Positions 37,469 to 47,325 of a DNA stretch of 64,000 nt are shown piece by piece. Origin of the DNA: Ptychomitrium polyphyllum (Eukaryota); the NCBI GenBank assembly GCA_973851085.1, contig OZ316776.1:10044001-10108000 (forward strand). Reading direction: 5' to 3'. Under the pieces are notes generated by a model that made no database searches, had not been told where the DNA came from, and was given only the letters and a program-made list of their open reading frames with translations. Both the position numbers and the translations under genes were made by a program. Every line of letters begins with the position of its first letter. Position 1 is the stretch's first letter.

Positions 37469-38581
37469 ATGGATTTGAAGCTGCTGGCGCTGTATTTCCT
37501 ATTAGTTGCAGCGTTCTGGTCGGTGGAAGGAGATGCTGGTACAAAACCCAAGTCCTCTAAGTCCTTTCGGGAAAAAGACAGTGCTCGACGCAGATCCGAC
37601 AACAGCTTCGACTACTTTCTCTTCGTACAACAGGTGATTAACCAGAAAACCTAATCTGGAATTTGAGACCATCAATTAAGCTTCGACTGGTCTTTTTGTT
37701 CTCCGTGACGGTTTTTTGAAGAGATGAGTTTAATTTGATCCTGAATTGCGCAGAGTGGTTGTCATGTGGTAGTGGCCAGGATCATACTGCGACACCAAGA
37801 AGGGCTGTTGCTTCCCCGTGACTGGCCAACCTGGCCCCTTCTTCGGTATCCACGGCCTCTGGCCGAATCGCAACGACGGCACTTATCCGACTTCATGTGG
37901 CAATGAAGCCTTTGATCCAAGCAAGGTACGTTTCTGGATCGTTCCATAAAACCTGATCAGCTAGTATTGGATGTTAGGACTCATGTGACCCTTAGTTTAG
38001 GGTTAGATAAGTTATTTTGGAGCATCTCCTTTCTGCTCTAGCTAGTTTGGTGATGCCGCGGCATACGTTAATTGCAGCTCGTAAAGGTGGTAAACCACTT
38101 GAACAAGAAGTGGGGCACACTGGCCTGCAAGTCGAAATACAACGAGGACTTCTGGGAACACGAATGGTCCAAGCACGGCACTTGCTCCGGCCTCAAGCAG
38201 CACCAGTACTTCCAGGCCTCCCTCGACCTGTACAACAAGTACGACATTACTAGTGCTTTGAGGGATGCAGGCATTGTTCCGGACGACTTATTCTACCCGA
38301 TTGCCAACATAACGAGCGCCCTCACGGAGTTACTCGAGTATGCTCCACAGATTGAATGTAACAAGGACCCTGAAGGAAATAGGCAACTCCACCAAGTCTA
38401 CTTCTGTGTTGCGAAGGATGGAACGACGGTGATCGAATGCCCAGCCTCCATTCGCAATCCGTGCCTCGGCTTGGTCCAGTTCCCGCTTTATGGCTCTGTT
38501 CCGTCAAGACATACCGTGTCTTCGGTGGAAGTTCAAGCTCCCACTATTATCGTGACAGAATTTTCTGACAATGAATTGTAG
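37469..38581 (+). CDS. RNase T2 class I copy B, 3 exons, ~273 aa
   Basis: Exons 37469-37633, 37773-37925, 38078-38581. Signal peptide, FDYFLFVQQWPGSYC, FGIHGLWP, FWEHEWSKHGTC; N- and C-terminal extensions. Confidence 0.95.
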
Positions 38582-39547
38582 CTTACTCTTCGAGGTAAGT
38601 TGTGGCAGAACGATAGGAGTAGATTTCTGGGGAACCTCAACAGCTCCTGGAATTGTACATATGAGATTTGAGAGGCCGCAACAGGCACGCCATGGTTCTA
38701 GAACACGGTAATCCAAAAGCTTGTCAGAGACTTTCAGATATGCAAATATTCTCTAAAACAAGTGAACTTCCTTCAATTCGCGAAGTTGAAATATACAGTT
38801 CACAATGGCGGGAAGCTACAATACAAAGATCTTTGAATGTTGGAAGATGTGAGTGCACTCGGGTTAATTTAAGCTTCTAGGAAAAGCCTTCACTGCATGT
38901 GCTCGCGAGACCAGAAAAGCGTGCGCCGAAGCCAAACTCTTCGCATGGTCCCATTTCACAACAGAAATTGTATACAAGTTCTAAAGATTTGGTAAGGATG
39001 CAATCTTAAGAAAACGTACAGAAATTGCGAATCCTTCATTACCATACGAGAAACGAAATAAGCAATTTGCATATTCGCATTCACCCAATACTTCAAGAGA
39101 ACATTGGACTGACAAAAACTCGTGTGAGTAAACTTCAGGAAGGATCTTCAAATTGGACTTCATTCATCAGATTTTCTAATATCCTGGGGGAGCTTGACAG
39201 GAGCAACATATTTCTGCTTTCTCACTCTACTTAGCTACTGTTCTATAGTCACGGGGGATTGTCTGAATTCATTGTTCTGATAAAACTCTTCTACAAAAAC
39301 TTAGAATGTCCAAGGCTAACATGCCCACGACAAGTAATAAACATGCCGCGGCAGAAGGTATGTGGAAGAACCTCGATGGGCAGTCTAACATTAAAAGCTG
39401 CTCGTTACATCTACCGCCGTTTAACTAAGGCCTAAAAGCTTACGCTGATGTAAATAACTCTAGCTATAAACATGGAGAGTCCTCTCCATAATGAGACATT
39501 AAATTTAACCTACTTTAGGGCTGAAGGTCAAACTTCTGTAGTACAAT

Positions 39548-42500
39548 TTAAAAGCGAGTGAACTTAGTTTTATCTCCGCCTGCTTTCTTACCATAGGGAT
39601 TGCTTGCATTGAAGCCATGCTTGCCTTTGGACCCCTCAATGGTCTTTGGGCCCTTTTTCCTGAATTTAGCGGCATTGCTGTCGAGATTTAGGTTGACCTT
39701 CGGAGGACAGTTGAATCCAAATGAAGAAGCCACAGCCTACAACAATCAAAAAGTACCAAGGTTAATTTCCGACCCAGTGAATCAACTTATTAGATATATT
39801 TTGCTAACCATATCTTATCTATATAAACTATTTGAGAAACTACTGACAGAAAGACCTTCCAACTAAAAAATTTCTATATTGGAACTATTGTCATAGAGGA
39901 TGCAGTCAAGTGAAAACTGTAACACAGATTGACCTATTATATATGGTCTTGAAAATTATTCAGCTCTTCATTCGAACTACAAAGCAGGGGGCTCACCTGT
40001 AAATCCAACCGATGAACGTTGAAGATGTCTTTCATAGCATGAGAATTGTAAGCTAATAAGTACGACCGATATGCATCACGAGCCGATTGATGAAGGTAGT
40101 AATTCTTCTCAACAAGCTTTTCCTGTAACACACAAAATGCAACATCAGAGTATATATCTCATGTGGAATTTTTCAGACATTTGAAATGATTTTTTTTTTT
40201 TAAGGAACACGCATAGGATGTGTATTGAAGGCAAGCATAATGAGTAAAATGGTGTTCCACAGATATCAGCGTTTTTCATGCTCAGCAACTACTTGATAGT
40301 ATGAATCTATAACGCATAGATATTCTACATTCCATCAATCCCCAGCAACTCTTCAGAACTAGAGGCCATACCAGTTGTGACTGCACATTGGCTATTTTGT
40401 TCGAGGGGAACTCATACTCGTTTAGTGGAACTTTAGCACCCTGCAAAGAAACAGTCGAATGAGATCCCGTTTGACTGGTTCTGCGTTGCTTCAGTTTAAA
40501 TCGAACTATTCTCGTAAAGCAAAATGAGCCAACCAAAATTTCACTGGACAGGATACAAGACCTTTAGGTACCGAAGGAAGCCCAGCTCTTCCGGAATTAG
40601 AAACAAGAGAGCCCGCCCTTGAGATCCTTCTCCTCTTGCAGTTCGACCCACTCTATGGATATATTCCTGAAAACCCCAGTTATCAAATTTCAGCCAAGAC
40701 AGTTCTTTAGAGATAATTCTCGACGGGCAGAAAGAAAGAAAGTAAAGAGTATTTGTGAAGTTTCTAGGGTTGAGCGAGAAACAGTACCCTTGGATCATCA
40801 GGAGGATCGTATTGAATAATCCAGTCCTGCAATACATCATGTGCCAAAAATTAGAGCTAGATAACCCTCATGAAAACGTACACATCTGTAACAAACTTTA
40901 CTGCTGAATACAATCCGCTGATGAACTGAATGTGAGACATACCACTGCTGGGATGTCCAGACCACGGGCAGCAACATCTGTACAGAGGAGGATACCCTTT
41001 TCGGCATTACAGAACTCAAAGTAAGTCGATGTTCTCTTCTGTTGCTTCTGTTTGCCGTGAATGTCGAGGCAAGGAATGTCGATGTAGTTTAGTAGTTCAC
41101 TGTGAAACTTAACGGAGTTACAAGAAGAAAAAAAAACCATGATCTGCATTTTATAAACATATAAATTAGAACATATCTGATTTGAGATATTCAAAACTAA
41201 ATCTGTGATAATAAACGTGATTTTTTGCAGAATATTCAATTTTATCACAGCATGACCAGCTCAATTGAAATTTTGGAACTCTTTCCTGACATCACACACC
41301 ACATAAGCAGTGATCTGAACATAAAAGTTGATATGCTTTGTGAGAATACCCATTTTAGAAAAGTATGAACACCACTGAAAACTTGTCTAAAAAAGCATAC
41401 CTTCTTTTTCACGTTCTTCTTCAAAAAAGTGAACAGAAGTAAGAAGCGTTCTGCACTTGATACCACACAATATCCTTGCTCTAACCCTTCCACTGTGGCC
41501 TTAGAACGACCATCATCTACACCAATATACAGAGGAGCCCTCTTAAACGACACTCGCGCCAAATCCTCAACCTGAAGTAAAAGTACCAAAAGATTAGTGT
41601 GCATTACAAAAGACACATGACATGCTTGCCAAATAACCAAGCCTTAAAATACTCCGGTGGTTAAAATTAATGTTTATTACATGAAGAACCTCGCCAAAAC
41701 CACCTGCATGCAGCATATCAAAGTATCATATACAAACCTTTGTAGTCTGCGTAGCCGAGAACAGCACTGTTTGTCGATCCTTTGGTAACAACTTTATAAT
41801 TTGCTTCATTTCCTCCTCAAACCCAATTTCCAAAATTCGATCAGCTTCATCAATGACCAGGCACTGCAAAGGCCACGAAAATGAGTTTTTCTCATGATTT
41901 GACGAAGTACTTGATACACGTACCCATTTTACCCAACTAGCTCTGGCCTACACGTGAAAATAACTTAAATCCTCTTAGTAGTTTTACTTTATAATGTTTT
42001 ACGAGCCTGCTCTTATAGATCAACACACAACATTCTCCACACCTAAATAAGTTGGTGTGTGCTTTTATGCAAGACTTAGAAAAGAACCCTTACAGACCTT
42101 TAGGTTCTTAAACAAAAAGCCTTTGGTGTTCTGGAGATGATCAAGAAGACGGCCTGGAGTTGCAACCAAGAAATTCACTCCCTTCGCCAGCTTTTCAGCC
42201 TCTGTTCTTCTGTTAGCTCCTCCCATTACGATACCATGTGTTTGCTTATGATATTTCAGAATGTCTCGCGCAACTCCATAAATCTGCACGAACAGTCGAA
42301 ATTCAGTCTAAAGGCAAATTAAAAACAGAACATTCATTACCACATCAATGTAACACAACCTAACACTGGATTTTCCAAACTTAAAAGAAATTCAAAGTGT
42401 AGGAAAGGAGAGAACAGCACAAGAAAAGAGTAGAGTGCGGACGAATGCCTAAACAGCAATGAGGTGATCTACAAAACTACAATTAAGCAAAGTCTAACCT

Positions 42501-43260
42501 GCATAGCAAGCTCTCTTGTAGGAGAGATTATAATCACACCAGTCCCGTTCCGTGGCATAAAATGCGCATGAAATAGCAACTCAACAGCAGGGACCACAAA
42601 TGAAAGTGTTTTTCCGGAACCAGTTCGTGCAGCTCCCAGAACATCACGACCAGTTAAAAGCTGAGGGATTGACCGAGCTTGGATCTGCAGCATCCACTCG
42701 AAGTCAGCCATAGTGGGAAAATACACGCAACTTTGCGTAAGCAAACACTCGATACGCCCATGATGCCATGTTTCAGCCTAAACCCTAAACCCTACACTCC
42801 TGTAAGCATGGTTGAAAATGACAACTTAATAACCAACACATCCACCGCCAAATCTTCCACCAAGGCTGCAGGTAATCCCCCAACTACATACCTCCGTCAT
42901 GTGAGTAAACCCGGTATCCTTAAGAGCATTCTTCGTGGGCTCCGAAACTGGCAACGACTCAAAAGCAGTAGTACTCATAATCCCCTCAACTTGCGCGATT
43001 CCACCCCCCAGCGTCTCCATATCAAACTTCATCTTCTTACTCTTCTTCCCACCGGATCCATCTCTCTGCTCCTTCTCCCCCTCAGCTTCAACCAGAGTCT
43101 CCGCAGCACCATCCCCTTGCTCCGTAGATTCAACTCCTGCCTCCGCAGAACCATTTCGCTGTTCCTCACCGCCATCCGTGGGCTCCTCGGCCCCACCCTG
43201 CGTCGCCTCGTGCCTCCGCTTCCGGTTCTTCTTCCCCTTGGCAGCCACCTCCTTGCCCAT
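39548..43260 (-). CDS. HAS1: DEAD-box RNA helicase HAS1/DDX18 (RH27/RH51 type), 11 exons, ~588 aa
   Basis: Exons 43260-42892, 42684-42499, 42283-42098, 41863-41738, 41571-41401, 41143-40943, 40826-40788, 40666-40562, 40440-40372, 40122-39997, 39736-39548. Q motif [59 protein letters not shown], and HAS1-type C-terminus [15 protein letters not shown]. Confidence 0.96.
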
Positions 43261-43395
43261 TGTGAACCAACCGCCAAGTAAGTCGCTCCTAGCACTGCGA
43301 TCGCCAAATGAGAACCCGGTGGAGCGCACGCTAGCCGTGCAATCAAGCCCGACGCGAGAAACCTTCACACTCAGCGCTCCACTTTCAACCCTCAG

Positions 43396-43421
43396 CCCTA
43401 AACCCTAAAACCCTAAACCCT
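43396..43421. promoter_or_regulatory. Telo-box cluster (AAACCCTA) upstream of HAS1; second cluster in intron 1 at 42777-42794
   Basis: CCCTAAACCCTAAAACCCTAAACCCT ~140 bp upstream of the ATG. Telo-boxes are typical of plant ribosome-biogenesis gene promoters. Confidence 0.75.
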
Positions 43422-45063
43422 GTCCCAGGACTCTCAACTCCAAGAGCGTCTTTAACAGCCCCTCGTCGCGCCTGGACCGTCAGATCGTTCATCCAAGGGT
43501 TCTGCCTCGTATTCCGCTTGGTTTGTCACGCCGTTACCCGCAACGTTGGTGTTCAACTTGGTGGCAACCTATTGACGTGGACATCGCCCTGCGCCTATGT
43601 GGCGGCTTCGTTTGTCCATGCTGGCTGGTTTTGAAAAGTCTCTTTGCGAGTTAACCCCTAAATGCCCATGCGGAACTGAGGGGTGGCTACAGACACCACG
43701 GTTGATTGTTTTAATCCAAGCAATGGCTCCACAAGCGGTTGAAATCACCGTTTTCAACCGCTTTGTGAATTTCTCAACCATGAGCCATGTAGGAATAGTG
43801 GTTGAGTATTTGGAAGGAAACATAACAAGTGGAGAAAGGCGCCTTATAATATAGAAACTGTAAGGGTTGAATATATTCTTCATTGAAATGGAAATTTCAC
43901 TTAAGATAGTTTTTCCACAGAAGGAACCACAATTGAGAATACATTTCATTATTTTAATGGGTGTTTATGTGAGATTTAAAATTCAAATGATTCTTCATTG
44001 AAAAGCATCTCAAAACTTCTTTGGTTGTCATGTGCGATCTCTTCTAAAGTGTATATGTTTATATATTATTAGACTTTAAATAAATCATTGTAAATTTTTT
44101 AAGAAAGAATCATATTGCATATCAATAAAAGGGATTTTTTTAATTTTAGAGCATTGGTACATATAAGAAAATTATCAAAGTGTCATTTCTTTTTAAAAAT
44201 TTTAAGGTGTGGATAAATAATGAATATAAAGGTGGTTTATTTCAAAAAACAATAAGATATGTAAAAAGCCACCAAGTATCTAAAAGCAATACATTAAAAT
44301 GTTGATTTGTTTTGGATGGATACTTGATTTGTATTGAAGATCAAATTTGGCTTTAAAAATGTGCAAGTTTTTTTATTCTTTAAAATTTTAATAAATCCAT
44401 ATTCATTTTTTTGCTATGTAGATTGGGCAAATTAAATCAACATTTTGGTGCAATCAACTAATCAAAGTAAATTATGTAACATATTAAATCATATTAGATA
44501 CAATATTGAAACTTTGGTGAATAAAATTTATTAATGAGTAAAAAATCAAAAGATAAAAGACAAAAATATAAAATTAAAGAATTAATCTTGTTTTAAAATA
44601 AACAATAGTAAATCAAATAGGTATGAATATTTTGTTTAAAACTCATTTATGTTATTTATTTCCTTATGTAATAGTTTATAGAAACTTCCAAGTTATAATG
44701 CTTGATTATTTTTATAAAATTAAATATGTCATCATAAATACTGCCTTAGAAAACCACACGGATTCACCCAACATTAATTACTCTACTTCTTCATAATTGA
44801 GCACATTTTGATGTATTAAAAAATTATATCACATATACAAATCTATCATCATTCTTCCCTTATAATATCAATACAAAATACCAAAATAATAAGTATGCTC
44901 AATAACACATTATCTTAACATATAACACTTTCAAAAAAATCTACAACCACAACGAAGCTAAAACTCCTTTACTAATACAGTATATTACTTTTAATTTATT
45001 TCCTTAACATTAAAATCAAGTGCTCCACTACGCATGAAAGACTTTGCGGAGGCCCTGGTAGAT

Positions 45064-45290
45064 CCCATAACCGAGTAAGAACTCATAACCAAGTAAGCCC
45101 CGTAACCAACCGGAGCCCGTAACCGAGTGGGACCGTAAAAGAGTGGGGACCCGGAACCTAGGGGAGAGTGGGGCGGAGCTTGGGCGGGGTGGTACGGGAA
45201 GCACAGCACACAGCACACAGGACGCGGCACACGGGACACAGGACAAGGGACACGGGACACAGGACACGGGACACGGGACACAGGACAGCA
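45064..45290. repeat. Two adjacent degenerate arrays: ~17-bp units with a TAACC core (45064-45160) and 7-bp GGACAC(A/G) units (~45220-45290)
   Basis: TAACC at 45068, 45086, 45103 and 45120, with degenerate units at 45136 and 45154. GGACACG/GGACACA is repeated about 8-9 times. Confidence 0.8.
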
Positions 45291-47325
45291 CAGCCGGGCA
45301 GAGGGCAGAGGAGAGCAGAGAAGGGCAGAGCGCGGGAGTGAAATGCGCAGAAGGGAAGGGCAGGCGCGGAGAACGGGCGCGGAGAACGGGCGGGGGCGAG
45401 GACGGAGGATGGTGACGACACAGAGCACGTGAGCGGCGGAAGGGGAGGGAAGCCGAGGAGCGAGGTGAGGGCGAGGTGAGTGCGAGGTGAGTGCGGGTGC
45501 GGGTGCAGGTGCGGATGCGGTGCGGTGCCAGTGCGAGTGCGGGTGTGGTGCGGGTGTAGCCGGACGTTGGGAAGCTTCGGGGCTGCACAACCGCACGCGC
45601 TGAGGAGTGGCTCGATAGGATGGCAGGTGCTTTGAGTGCGGGGTTGTCCTTCGGGCCATGCATATTCTGCGACAGGTAGTCGTTGTAGGAATGTCGCCGC
45701 TTTGCTCTGTTTGGTTTGTGGTGGTCCGGTCGTTCCGTTGTGGCGAGTGCTGGTGCTGGTGCTGTACGTTAGGGTTGCGTTTGCTTCCACCACGCGTTTC
45801 GGGGGGTTTGATTCTTTTCATCTTCTTTCAACTTTTTTTTATACTGTAGCTTTTTTGTTTTACTGTTCGTTTGCTTAAGTGTAGAGCTCGCGGAATTTCA
45901 TGAGAGGAGCGTTGTGTGAGATACTTCTCCGATGCTAGTCGTCGGTTGTGATTTTGGAGTTTTCGATCTGTTGCCGCTGGCGAATTGTCTCAGCTCTAGG
46001 CTTTGATTTTTAAGTGTTGAGAATCCAGCTCGAGCGTGGTTAATCTGTGGTCGGTCGGGCTCTTAGTGTTGTGATCTGAGCATCGTCGGGCGTGAGGAGG
46101 GACGACGCATCGCGGTTTTCTTTCCTTGATTTTCATGAGGTTATGGCGTATAATGAAGTCGTCAGTATGCTTTGCACTACGAATTGCAAAAGCTGGCTTT
46201 GCAAACTGCCGGTCAAGCACGATCAGAGATTCCAGCAATTCAGCCGATTTGCACTTACGTTTTTTGCTCCACTTTGCATTCGAGTCTCTTGCGATCCTAC
46301 ACCTAGCTCTACAGTTGTGCCTACTAAGCGATCGTTCCAGAAACCCTACTGCAAAATTTCTTAGCAACTGCAGATGTCTTTTGAGGATTGAACTGAAATT
46401 AGCGCTAGCTGAACCTCCTTTATGATGCAGAGAATTATGAAAGAAACCTTGTGGCGTCCTTCAGTTTTTTTTCTTCAATGTCTTCGTTGGAGCTTCAGCT
46501 TCGCAGCCCATGTAGCCCTCCAATGCAGGCGTGCATACCAGCATTCCGTAAAACCAGTCCTTATTCTCGTGATCACCTAGGACGACCCTCTAGCTCGAAG
46601 GATTAAGTTTTTCTGCGACTATCCTCCTTTCATTACTCTAAGCACTGTAGCTTCTGATGCGGTAGTTCCAGTGACAACGTTGCCTGCTTCGGGAGTTAAC
46701 CGTGCTTTCGTTCTCCTTAAAGAATTCCGACGATTATTTGAACGAATTTGGTTGCCATAAGCTTGGAGGACTTTTACGCTTCCTGCCTTATGTCTCTAGC
46801 GAATCCCTCAATCTGGCACATGCAAGGGTCTAATCTCCTTTTTCTAAGACACGGGTTCATGCATGAACTCATTACTTTGCGTTTTTGCTTCGGAAAACTT
46901 TGATGCTTAATGAGCACTTGCTAGGAACATTTACATTTGTTCTTAAATTTTTCTGCTTATTTCTCGTCACCAATACTATTGAGTGTCCTCCTATGGGCTG
47001 TGGATTGCAGTTTACATCCTAGTTACTAATCAAGCCTAAATTTTGTTTGTCTTTTGCAGCGATGACGGAGATTGTTGCTTGCAGTGGAGATGTTAATAAG
47101 AGTTTGTATATCAGCTAGTTTACTGAATACCAGGATTCATAATTTCGTGAATTAGCATACTTGTCTTCGCAGCCCCAAGACGGTGGAGGAGATTGAGAAC
47201 ATCGAGTAATTGATTTTGTTGATATACTTCGTAGATTGGCATTGTTATAGAATGCCAGATTAAACTCGACGTCTCGGAGTGTCTGTTGAACTAAAAGTCT
47301 CCGAAAGGTTACAGTTATCGCCGTG

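Noticed and set aside
21171..38581. F-box gene near RNase T2 genes, reminiscent of an S-RNase/SLF self-incompatibility locus
   Set aside because: The RNases have class I sequence and intron pattern rather than class III; there is a single kelch-type F-box rather than an SLF/FBA array; and unrelated genes intervene.
43396..43421. Telomere or chromosome-fusion scar
   Set aside because: Only ~3 units, positioned as ordinary telo-boxes before a ribosome-biogenesis gene.
45064..45290. Regularly spaced repeats as a CRISPR-like array
   Set aside because: The units are short, degenerate and contiguous without unique spacers; the context is eukaryotic with no cas genes.
44991..45821. Three overlapping 211-276 aa Pro/Cys/Arg-rich ORFs
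   Set aside because: Stop-poor GC-rich repeat DNA open in all three frames, with no domain signal.
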